A DNA stretch of 64,000 bases, taken from NCBI GenBank assembly GCA_030704615.1, contig CM060731.1, positions 35,278,001 to 35,342,000 on the forward strand, given 5' to 3'. The translations under genes were made by a program, and so were the position numbers. This DNA is from Takakia lepidozioides. Lineage: Eukaryota; Plantae; Bryophyta. Every line of letters begins with the position of its first letter. The first letter of the stretch is position 1. Below the pieces are notes generated by a model, which saw only the letters and a program-made list of their open reading frames with translations, had not been told where the DNA came from and made no database searches. Below are positions 12,901 through 33,324 of the stretch, piece after piece.

Positions 12901-14702
12901 TGGTATCATTGCAATACCATACACATTAGACACAAGGGATTTATAATCTCACCTGGATTTCCCTGCCAGAGATACTCTCATCAGAGTTTGCTTGCCAGAG
13001 TTGATTTTTTTATAGGTTGTTCATATGGGTACAGGAAGAGATTCGAAAGAAGACTGGATATGTGGTGCAGAGAGCCGACGGGGTTTTTGATGTTGATGCC
13101 AACACATCTATAGAGGACCTTGCTGAGGCACTGGACGTTAAAACTCCCGAGGTGTGTGGATAAGAACTTTGTTAGTTTTAATGAGGTATTAACACTCATC
13201 TAATCCCCTTCTTTACCTTAATGAGGATTGTGATCTCTGGTTGGCAGGGTCCCTACCATTATGAGACTGTGTCAGGGTTTGTATGTGAAGCATTTGGTTA
13301 TATCCCACGAACTGGAGAGAGCATCAAGGTAGTGCTGCGAAAGGAGGATGCAGATGAAGGCTCAGAGCGTAGGGATGGCGAGGCTGACCACCAAGAAGAT
13401 CGCAGGGATAAGTTCCAACGGTATCGACTGGAGGTATCCTTGTTGCTCATGTCTCATGCTTGGCATAGCAATGGGTCTGTTTCACGGAATGTCATGTGAT
13501 TGTCAGCTATTATCAGAAGTAACTAAATCCATGTTAATTGGGGAACCTATGGAACCTGAAACATCAAGTAACCGAAATGTCTGTAGGCGCCAAACTATAT
13601 ACCTAAGGGCAGAGCCAGTCTCACTATTTCCAGAGTTGCTGCAACCATGTAGATCCTGGCTGGCAATGCTCGTAAAGTGGGATCGGTGCGGTTTGAGAGA
13701 TTGGAGAGTTCCCAGAGCAAAGAAGACAGTGACCGGGGGCTCCCACGTGCCTTGCGTCGTGGCTGGGAAGAGGCCACTGACAATAAGGGTGACAGGTGTG
13801 TATGCATCCCCTTCTAATTTCAAGTTGCTTTGTGGGCCTAAGGATGATCTGATTGAATGGATGTGAAACCTTGTATATACCAAGGCTCCTTCAAAGCTGG
13901 AGCCAATTCTTGTCGTCACGATTATAGTCTTGCTACTTATGAGGAATTATAGTTTACTTCTATAGGAGATCAGCAAATGATATAATCTGAAACTACAGGG
14001 TATTAGCCCTAATTGACAGAATCTATAGTGTCAAAAATATTCTTGGGTTTGACAGTGTTGCAAAGTGAGAGGCTCAGTCGCTGAGTTCACACGGGGCAGT
14101 ATCCTCAGTGTTTGACTGCTTCTGAGGTTTAGTAATTTTGGCCATCTACCATGTCTGACATTGTCAGGCTTTCAATTACTTGCTGTTTGAAACAATACAG
14201 GTCTATGGAAGACCAGCCATGGGTTGACCCAAACCCTCAGCAAATTTATCGTGAGGACACGGATGACGAGACTTGCAAGGCTCCCGAAGATGAGTTCACA
14301 GAGAACCATACTAAGAAGAAAGGCTACCTCATTCCTGAACACGTGCCAAACGAAGAGGATGCGATGACTTCAGATGCTTTGTCCATGGTGGGGACGCAAG
14401 ATTGGGAGATGGAGTGTGTGGAAAAGAAACTTCTAGATGGGCTTGAGACAGATGATGAATTGGATGTGAGTGTGGCCGCAGCGGTTGGCACATTGAGTGA
14501 TAAGTGGGAGGAGCAGGAAAGACAAGTTGAGAGACGCCGAAACAGACGCAGGAAACAATCGGCCGAAGCAGCTATGGAGCTAGACAGGCAACGCAAGTCT
14601 GACTTGCGGAGACGCGAAGCTGAGCTATCTATGGTCATGCTATCGCGGAGAGGTAGAGATGAGCAAAGGGAAGGTGATGGTTATCACGAAAGTGGAAATT
14701 GA
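6961..14702 (+). CDS. DUF21 (CNNM) + CBS + CorC/HlyC domain protein, chloroplast type (homolog of Arabidopsis CBSDUFCH1/2), 16 exons
   Basis: Exons: 6961 (or 6937)-7360, 8710-8924, 9130-9227, 9444-9537, 9704-9781, 10081-10184, 10475-10556, 10901-11040, 11320-11398, 11912-11975, 12140-12231, 12557-12622, 13035-13151, 13248-13433, 13653-13795, 14201-14702. All introns are GT-AG with matching phase. Motifs SAFFSMAETSITTLWPWK, EEELKLMLRGAELSGAI and [26 protein letters not shown]. Confidence 0.92.
10591..10826. repeat. Imperfect tandem duplication (~110-127 bp unit) in intron 7 of the DUF21 gene
   Basis: ATCACCTCCTCyTATCAACCrCTGCTATGrGCTGCTTyCAAACTA...TTGCTTGACCATTGCTG occurs at ~10625 and ~10752. 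Confidence 0.8.
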
Positions 14703-15995
14703 GTCCCGTGTATGTAGGTGGCAGTATGTGCTTGAATGTGTTTTGCAAGTTCTCTGAAGCTTTATCCATTGCACCTAGCCCTTTTGTACGGTCACCGAGC
14801 ATGAAAGATCTTTAGTTACGTGATTTCTCACAGTATGTCAGTTCCAGCCGTCTTAAGTTTGCAGAGTGAAGCTCGAGCACAATTCCAGACAAATCAAGCA
14901 CATTAGTTGCTAATCCAAGACACAGAACAGACCAGTTATAAGGGCTTTTCATTTGTGGCCCTCCTGAGGTGGAGGACTGTCTTAATTCTGCAGATGCTTT
15001 TCTTCTTCTATCATTTGGCGAGGCTGTGTATCATAAAGGATTTATTCATAATGAAAGGGAGGTACAGAAAGATGCCCTATGTTGCATCATGGAATGTGAT
15101 TGATACAAAGTTTTTGATAATTTGTCTAAGAGATGTATCTGTAGTGGTCAGAACTTCTCCATTGAAATGTTAGTGCAGTGATTTGGTAAGGAAATGAATT
15201 TACTTTTCAGTACCCATGACATTTACAACCACAATAAAACAGTCAACATCCTTCCAACACTTTTCATTACAAAAGTTTGACAGCAATTTGGCAATGCTAC
15301 CTCTATCTCGTTTCAATTTCACTGTATATTACTGTTCAACATGTATTGGTGATACTTCCGAAATTCTATAACCTTCCAACGCATGACACTCACTTTAATG
15401 TCCATGACAATTGAGACGAGAATCTGGAACATACAAAAGTCAGTTTTGAAGTGTTTGCAATTAAAAATCAAGTGCATTCGCAATGTATGTTAACACCACA
15501 TCATTTCATCCGTATTCTGAGTGATTGTTGAATACCCAAAACTACCATCAGCTCTTGGTATGTCCCTAGAAAAAGGTGGGGTGTTCTAGACTAAAATCCG
15601 TTCACATTGAGGCATCATCTCCCGCCTACAAGAACAATGCAAAGTTGGATCCAGAAAGATATGCTACAAGTGAGCATAGAAAATCCTGGAAATGATCATC
15701 ACATGCACAGAAATGAACACCTGAGCTCTCTGATCTGACCCACCTAATGATAACTCTCAAAATCCTACAAAAAGGTGCACGTTCGTGAGGTGCAGCACAG
15801 CCTCCAGCCACTACATATTCCAACAAAAGAGGGTAGGTGTGCATATGATACAGGATGTTGTATGACATGTGCGGGACAGGCCAAGAAGAAACATAGAGCG
15901 TACCAGTCTTAAAGCTTACCAGTCTAGCTCCATTCGTTTTGTGCTCATGGTAGAGACAGCAAATTGAACTGTACAAGGGCCAGAATCCTTGCACA

Positions 15996-16190
15996 TTAGC
16001 AGTAAAACATGACCTTCTTCACATTGTCCTTGAGTGGAGGCAGAGGGCGAACTGGCGCACCCCCAACACCATGACCGATAACCTGTATTTGATAGTGAGC
16101 TGGTCGGCTCGTACCCTGGATGCCTGCGTGGCTGCATAGATAGAAATCAAACTCTGTGAGGTGGCATATTCTGGTGTCCAGTGTCCACTA
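15996..16190 (-). pseudogene. AGO1: Processed, internally deleted Argonaute (AGO1-clade) 3' fragment
   Basis: The minus strand reads [31 protein letters not shown] (PIWI motif). After a deletion/frameshift it reads [20 protein letters not shown]-stop, the AGO1-type C-terminus; TAA at 15996-15998. Confidence 0.85.
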
Positions 16191-16208
16191 GTTTTTTTAA
16201 GAAAAAAA

Positions 16209-16388
16209 GGTAGCTCAGCTGGTAAGTGTGGCACTGAGTGCCACCCAGATGACTCTGGGGTCAAATCCTGCTACTTGACGGGTGTGGTATGCTCGTATGC
16301 TCTTCTCCCCCTTCCCTGGGCGGTGTCCCATCAGAAAGCCTTACGGCGAGGTTACAGTGAAAGAGGTATTTTTTTTTTTTTTTTTTTT
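16209..16388 (+). mobile_element. tRNA-derived SINE, copy 1
   Basis: A box TAGCTCAGCTGG, B-box-like GGTCAAATCC, body ...CATCAGAAAGCCTTACGGCGAGGTTAC and a T-rich tail. A related copy lies at 63755. Confidence 0.75.
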
Positions 16389-16618
16389 CAAGGGGCCTGA
16401 TTTGTGACTGTCGCACCCAGGTGTTTCCCTTCTTTGAAAAAACAATTAAAAAAACATTTTTAGAAAAAAGACAAAATTGACCCTAGGTTTGCTTGCTCGT
16501 ACAAGGGTTTGTCGAGTGTCTGGGGGGATGGGGTCTGGGGAGGAAGGGAAGAGAAAAGGAAGAAGGGAGGGAGTGCGGGCCTAGCAGGTGATTCCAAGCT
16601 CTTTTGTACTTCGGACCG

Positions 16619-24811
<8,193 letters not shown>

Positions 24812-25646
24812 GAGATGTGCATGTGGATTGAGCCCTCTGCGACTGCTGGCTATGGGTTTCAGGGGAGAGTACCTATGGATTATCACCTCCTGGAGCTGGT
24901 CGGGTGGAATCATCATGATATAAAAACCGAAGTTATAATTGCTCATCCCCACCAATATTCTGGTAACAGTGTCGATGCGAGATCTGGGATAGATATCATA
25001 GAAAAATCTGTATCTCGCTATGCATCTGAGAATGAGAGTGAGAAGTTGTTCAACCGTTTGTTGAGAATGTCGGCTGTCGACAGTCTTGCACTGTAAGACT
25101 TTGTAAGGCCTTTGGCTGCGGTTGTGTTGTGAATCTCTCAGAAAGATGGGCAAAGAAGTTCAGTAGCTCAGCTCACGTCAAAGGGTGTTTCTGTTTGTCT
25201 TAAGGAAATTGTCACGGCCATAAGAAAAGCTTGCATTTTGGGCCGATATGATTTTTATAACTCTCCAGACGATATTTTATTGGCCATGTAGCCGTTCACG
25301 TATATTTCTTTAGGACGTTTGTAAGTGCACTCAATGAACTAGAGGCTTAACGACATGGTCTCAGTAGAGTTGTGCTCAACATGTCCGGAATACAGGGTAT
25401 GTGTGTGGTTGAACCAATGCAGTAGTTATCTCTCATGCATAAGGAGACAGTCATGTAACTGCAGAACAGAGGTGGATAGACGTGTGGAAAGATAATCGGT
25501 TTTGAAAGGATACAGGATTGTATCAACTTCACTCTGATGCTAAGTATTGGATCAACAAGAGAACTGAAGAAATAGAGCTGGAAAGGCAGTCCCTCAGCAG
25601 AAGTGTTGTCACTGCTGCGCTTTTCGTCACTCCCAAGTTACTGTCA

Positions 25647-25799
<153 letters not shown>

Positions 25800-25912
25800 C
25801 TAGGTACGCCTGCATGATCGCATTGACGGAACTTAATTAGTATTGAAATTTCTTGTCCTTCATTGCATGGATTGTTCACTCTGACTGCAAAATAACTCTC
25901 ACATTGGCACAG

Positions 25913-26772
<860 letters not shown>

Positions 26773-29524
26773 CTCTCCCCCTTCTTCCATTCTATGTCTT
26801 CTACACTTCACGTTGTCTCCCATCAAATCGTGTATACCTAAACTATGGAAGCAAAAATGCATAATGTTTTTGTGACCTTGGTTCTATTCATGGCCTTCAA
26901 GCGCGTGATTACGACCATTTTGGCATTGCAACAACTTATAAACGAGCAATTTGCTGGATTGTTGATGATGTTTGTGTTCATCATGGAAAGAGGAGAGATA
27001 GAGAAGCCTGATGATTGCATGGGTAGAACTTGTGTTGAGTGCTTGCTGCAAGGTGGCTGTCGAGAGTCTCTAGTCTCTACCTGTGTACAATCCCATCTAT
27101 GATATGTTTAGTCCTACGGCTGCGATAGGCTTAAAAAAATACATCTTAATGGTAGGTTTCTTGGGCCCAAGGGAAAGAGTTGGGTCTATGCCGTTCTATC
27201 AATTTTCTCTTCTTGGCACTGAACAACGACTTTGCAATATTATTCCTCATCTCAGCCAATTGTTTGGGAGTCTTGCCATGATTTTGCATTTTCACTTGAT
27301 ATATGTTGTTTGCGGATTTCCTCAATCGCTTCACATAATCAGGCTATGATCCCACAAGATCGTGTTCTTGAACAACCTCATTTTCCACAGGTGCTGCAGT
27401 ACCCTTGCCCTTTATTCCTTCAACCTCTGTCATAGGTTTGGGCATAACCTGCACATCAGGAATTTCCTTGGGCTGACTCTGTACCTTTGGTACCATGGGA
27501 TCTCCGACCATACAAGAGTTTTCATAGAGAAGATTGCCCTTCTCAATTTCTGCCGTGCTACCTGCTCTGTACCGGGGATGTCCAATCCCTCCCTCTCCAT
27601 AGTAAGAGGCTCCGGTGTAATAGCAAGTCGAGTCTGAGTTACCATTGGGGCAACTTGGTCAACTTGCTGTGCTGGCCGCGATAGTACTGACGTGACTTCT
27701 TTCTCCCTTCGGACTTCCAGCAATAACAACTCATTGTGTTGTTGTACCCCATCTTATGCTATGGAAACATCGTTGTAAGGGTTTATTGTGGCAAGTAGAT
27801 CCGCCATTACAATTGCGTCCCTCTTCTGTCTCTTGGACTGGTGCTGCCTCTCTAATCCTCCTTCACATTGTGAAGAGCCTTGCTCCGCAACTGCAGTTTG
27901 TGGCTGCCTCAAACACCCCCATTACCTTGCGTTCTTGCTTGCTCGATATCAAAGATAATCTGTGCAATAATTGGGCCAGACACAATGATTGGGGACTTGA
28001 CAGTAGTAGTCTGTAATCGTTTCATCTCCTCCACCAGACGACTGTGCATCATCTCTGCTCAAGCTACATCCTCTCATCTCAAGGCTTTCAAAACCTCATC
28101 CGTAAAAGATCTGCTAAGATACTGTTGGTTCTGTTTCATGGCAAACGAAATGTTTAGTACCTAGCCAATTTCCCTCAACCCTGGATATTCGGCTTTGGTG
28201 CAATTGAATCCCTGGTTCCTGAAAAAACTTGTTTCTTAGGAAAGATCCTCTATTTGCAATCTTGCCCTATGTTCATCCACGTTCACATTACCAAATGATA
28301 ATTCAAAAGCTGTTGCAAGTACTGCGGAGTAACTTATATATTTAGGCCCTTCACCTGGGTAACTCCCGTTTTTTGCTCAAAGTTCTTGATGAACTAGATC
28401 ATCAAATCCCGATGATGCAAAGACCACTCTTTGCGCAACAGTCTCTCCAACCGCAACTCCTTCAGCAACTGCACTGCCTGTGGTGTGACGATTGTTTGCC
28501 TTTGTAAGATCGTCGTGCTTTTCACTCGTAGATCCTCCATCTCTCTAATTCGCTTCATCCCGGACAAACAAGAAGGCCTTGTTTGGAATAACTACAGGAA
28601 AGCTTGTAATGCGTATAGCATGAAAGTGTGATTAGCACAGAATGGAACAGGCAAGTGGGTGTAAGCCTGTGGGGCTTGCAAATAGTGAGTAAGAGAGAAA
28701 GTACTTTCGACCTATCATTCCTTGCGCCACTGCGTAAGAAGTAGAGCTAGTGTATAATCCGTGATATCCGCCATAGTTACAAAACTATAGCTTTGATTGC
28801 CCCTCCTGTTGAGACACTGGTTATCCGGGATAACACCTATTCTTCCGCCCGTCTGTTAATTTCATCCAAATGACCTTCCTGTGTGCTTTGCCCCTCAGAC
28901 ACTCCTACATCAACAGCTTGAATAATGCTGTTCTCCTCCTGCCTCATTCCATTCCCAAGGCGCTTTGTTTGGCGTTGACTGTGGCGGTGCCGCCTGGAAG
29001 ATGAGGACGCAAGGCGGCATCTTCTTAGTTTTTTGTTCTTGTTTCTTGAATGAAGTCTCTTGCACAAAATTCACGTTGCTGATTGGTGGTTTCCTCATTA
29101 GATAATTTCGCATTTTTACCTTAATCTGTTCACATTCCATCTTAGAATGACCACTAGAACTGCATATGTGGCAAAGGTTTCCATTTTCCGGACGCGTAAA
29201 ATATTCCGTTACCTGTCATTTGGATGCATTAATGGGTTCGTAATAAGTTTCGGCTGATGTACCGGGTAGGTACTTTGACGGCCCTGTTTGTCTTCTTGTG
29301 TGATGACGTTTGTTATTGCAGTACATGCAATACGGAGTGCTTTGCCCCTTAGGCCACGTGTTTGAATTCAAACACCCTTCTGTTTCCTTCTGTCCGCATG
29401 GCACATTCTCCGAGTTTGACTTCCAAACTGTCTTTACACTTACCGGCCACTTTAGTAATGTTAACCCGTGTCCCCCTGTCACTGCCCTTATGGACTGTGC
29501 AACCTGTGTAGGAAGTGTCGCCTG

Positions 29525-29630
29525 TGTTGGGCTGTGACAGGCTGTGGTAGGCTGTGATATGTTATAATAGATTGTGGAAGGCTGTGATATGTTGTGACAA
29601 ACTGTGGTAGGCTGTGATGGCTGTGTGAAC
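29525..29630. repeat. Imperfect ~30-bp tandem repeat (GCTGTGATATGTT...GTGGwAG) inside the Gypsy element
   Basis: About 3 degenerate units are directly visible. Confidence 0.7.
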
Positions 29631-30769
29631 ACATGTGTTCTCTGCCATGGCCATACACATTCGGCTTTATGACAAGTGCTTCATGCTCCGCTGGTGCTAC
29701 TGGTGTAGTCTGTGACTGCATCTGCGTTTCAAGATGCAAATCATGCTGCAATGGTCTATCATGAATACCACTGTATCCCTTCAACTTATTGGCATTGACT
29801 CTACCAAGCATCTCTTTGTTAATGGTTTGTAACATAGCTATGTTGTTATCATACATCTTCTGTATGACATAAGGTCCTTTCCATGGTGATTTAAGCTTAG
29901 AAGCTTTAATCTTTCTATTCTTCTGCAACCACAGTACCAAATCACCTGTATTAAAAGTCTTCAATTTACCTTCATCAAACTGATCCTTCACCTTCATCTG
30001 AATTCTGGCCATGTTATCTGCTGCATCAACACGTACTTCTTCCACATGATATAGTTCATGTTTTCTTTAATTGAATCCTCCAATTCCATTCTCCTCCCAC
30101 ATTTAGTTCTCATGGTAGGTAATAAGAATTTAAAGCTTCCATGCCATAAACTAATTGGAATGGTGTGTACTTGGTGGTGACCTTATATGACGTCATATAT
30201 GACCACAAAGCTGTCAACAACTTTGTATCCCAGTCTGTCCTTGATCGCATTGACTATCTTAGCCAAGATAGTGCATAATATTTTGTTGGTGGCCTCTGCC
30301 TGCCCATTGCCCTGTGGGTAATATGTTGTACTATTCCTGTGCACAATCATGAACTTCTTAGTCAATAGTTCAATGGTCTCATTAATGAAATGACTTCCCT
30401 GGTCATTGATAAATTCCTGGGGACAGCCAAATCTTGTGATAATGTTCTCATATATGAACTTTGTTGTGGACTTAGCTGTGTTCTCTCTTAGAGCCTTAGC
30501 TTCCACCCATTTTGTGGTATAATCAGTGGCTGTGATTATATACTTGTTTTGTGCATTCCTGGCTGGTGGATTGATTGGTCCAACAAAATCCAATCCCCAT
30601 TTCTGGAATGGTTCAGTAGGCATTGTAGGATGCAAAGCCATCTTCCTAGATTTTGCAAGGGACCTAGCCTCTGGCACTCATCACAGCTCTTACAATACTT
30701 GTGTATATCTCTAAACAAGGTAAGCCACCAGTAACCTGCAAGTAATATTTTCCTACTAGTAGTCTCTTC

Positions 30770-31518
30770 CAGTGTTGGCCGGGTACCATGTTTTGAGCCT
30801 TCTTCCGGTCCCGGTTATGGCGTACTCTTTGAAAACAATGGATGGCCGGGGCAGGGTATACCAATAGGTTTGAAAAACATCTCGGTTACAGGTTCTCAAT
30901 AAACACATGGATTTTTTTTTTGTCCAGTTCTCAATCTACCAGTTATGCCATCTTAAAAAATGCCGGTTCCATGGTACCGGTTATGGGATTCATCCACTTT
31001 TATTTACTTTTTATTTTTTTCTAGCATTTTTGTGTATGTGTGTAAAACTATACACAAAAGGGCTGTGGCCCGGTGATAAGCCACTAGAGTATTAGTTGTG
31101 GGTCTCGGGTTCAAAGTTCAAATGTTCAACCCTGTCATCTATCTCTCTGCCCCTCTAATACACTAAGCTTACAACTTACAACTTACAACTATTGTCTTAG
31201 CCGAATGCCGAATGCCCAACTAATTAATTTCCTACTTGGACATTCTCATTAATGTTGTGCACCTAATCTCCCCAACATTGTAATTTCATAACTACCATCA
31301 CTAACCCTTATACTTGTATTATCTAGAACCGCCTCTACGCCATCCACATTTGCTCCGGATCTTGCTCCGGGTATAACACCCTTATAATCACCATGCCGGT
31401 TCTCTAGCCGGTTAGGAAGCTCGATTTTTTTTCCGGTTCCCTTCCATAGCCGATTCCTGCAGGGGCTGCACTTTCTGGTTATGTACATGTGCATAACCGG
31501 CAAATAACCGCCGGATTG
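30770..31518. mobile_element. Non-autonomous hAT-type element nested in the Gypsy integrase
   Basis: Perfect 8-bp TSD GTCTCTTC at 30762-30769 and 31519-31526. It starts CAGTGTTGG and has CCGG-rich subtermini. Removing it restores GGHFGEET-TSRKILLAGYWW. The right TIR is degenerate. Confidence 0.85.
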
Positions 31519-33324
31519 GTCTCTTCTCCAAAATGGCCTCCAGCCACTCCCTTATGAACTTCTTCCAAAACTTTATTTACCTCATGGTGGTCCAAGCATC
31601 GTTTAAGAACTCCATCAGGTCCTAGCTTATACAATCTTCCTCCTATCACAGTGTATGGTAATGCCTTGATAGCTATTCTTTTCCTCTGCTCCTTCCTATA
31701 ACTGGGTGGGCACTGTCCATGAGTAAGGTAGTATCTGATTGGCCACTGCCAATCTAACCAATTATCTGCTCCCTGCACTTCCACTGCAAATAAACCTGCA
31801 TCAGGCAGTTGATCGTCTACTCCTGTGGCGGGCTCTCCTGTTGAAAGGCGTGACAAGTGATCTGCCACAAGATGCAAACGTCTAGGTTTGTAAACAACTT
31901 CGAATTCAAACTTATGCAGTATAATCAGCCATCCTGCTACCCTTCCACTTATCAAATGCTTGTTCATCAAATAAATTAGAGCTTGATGATCCACATAGAA
32001 CATAAACTTCCTTCCCAACAAATAATGCCTGAATTTCTTGACTGAATAAATCATTGCCAAAGCTTCGGTGGTGCTATAGTTCCTTTCAGCACTGTTCAAC
32101 AGTCTGCTAACATAATACACAGGTGAACCTATGTTTCCTGTGACATTTTGGGCTAACACAGCCCCCAATGCTTCTCCTGAGGCATCATAATGTACATGAA
32201 ACACCATATGCCAATGAGGGTTAATTAGCACAGGTGTAGTTGTTACTGACAATGTAAGTTCCTCAAAGGCCTGTTGACATTCAGCCGTCCATGCAAACAC
32301 TGCGTCTTTCTTCAAGAGTTTGCTCAATGGTGCTGCCTTCTATGCATAGCAACTGATTAACCTCATGTAATAACTAGTTTGTCCAAGGAAACTCCTTAGA
32401 TCTGTCTTTCTAAGATCTACAAGCAATCCTTTTTGACACACAATGTGTCCTAAAAGAACTCCTGAGGTTACACAAAAAGTACATTTTTCTGGATTCAGCG
32501 GAAGACCTCTCATCCTGCATCTGGCCAAATATAACTCCAACTTCGGCAAGTGCTCATTCTTAGAGCTATACATACTGAAATCATCTAAAAACACTTGCAT
32601 GAAATCATCCAAGTACTCATGGAAAGATTCACTTATCACTCTCATCACTCTCAAGAAAGTTGTTGGTGCACTACAAATCCAAAAAACATGACTTTGTGTG
32701 CATAAGCACCCCAGTCAACAATGAAAGCTGTCTTTCCTTGATCCTCTTCAGCTACTTGGGTTGATTCAAGCTGGATTGTTATGTGATCCCCATTGGTGTC
32801 ACTCGGTCACTTCCTCTTTATATTTCTATACTCGGTCAAATTCCATGACTCCATGCTTTTACTTGGACTAGCCAGTTGCCTTTTCCCCTTGCTGTTGCCC
32901 TCATAGTTTGAACTCCAGCCTCACACCCGGGCTCCACGAGTCCCATCCCACATCTTCATCAAAGGCTACAGATAAGTTCAAAGTGAAGTTGTGTCAAACA
33001 TCTGCTTCCAAGACGATCGATCAATTGAGGAGATTTCACTCATATCCTATTATTTGCCCAGGTTGGTTGTCTTTCCATCACCTCCACATAAACCATCCCC
33101 ATGATTCGCTATCTCGCAGTCTGCTTGAAGCTGCTGTTGACATCTTAAAAATGTCACATAGTAGGTTGTGTTTAGGGGTGTAACACTCTTCTTGAATTCG
33201 AATGTACCCTCAGTACCTGATCTTTGATGCACCCATCTTGGTCTCGTGGTTCAGCCATGACCTTAATTGTGGCCACTGGCAATCAAAGCTTCAGTATTGT
33301 GCAGTGGACATTGACCAACTGGCA

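Noticed and set aside
16209-16290. Functional tRNA gene (also at 63755)
   Set aside because: The T-loop and anticodon arm are non-canonical, and both copies continue into a shared non-tRNA body and tail, as in a SINE.
24815-25096. 93-aa in-frame ORF right after the helicase stop (readthrough or separate gene)
   Set aside because: The helicase is already complete at 24811 and the ORF has no recognisable motif; probably a chance open 3'UTR.
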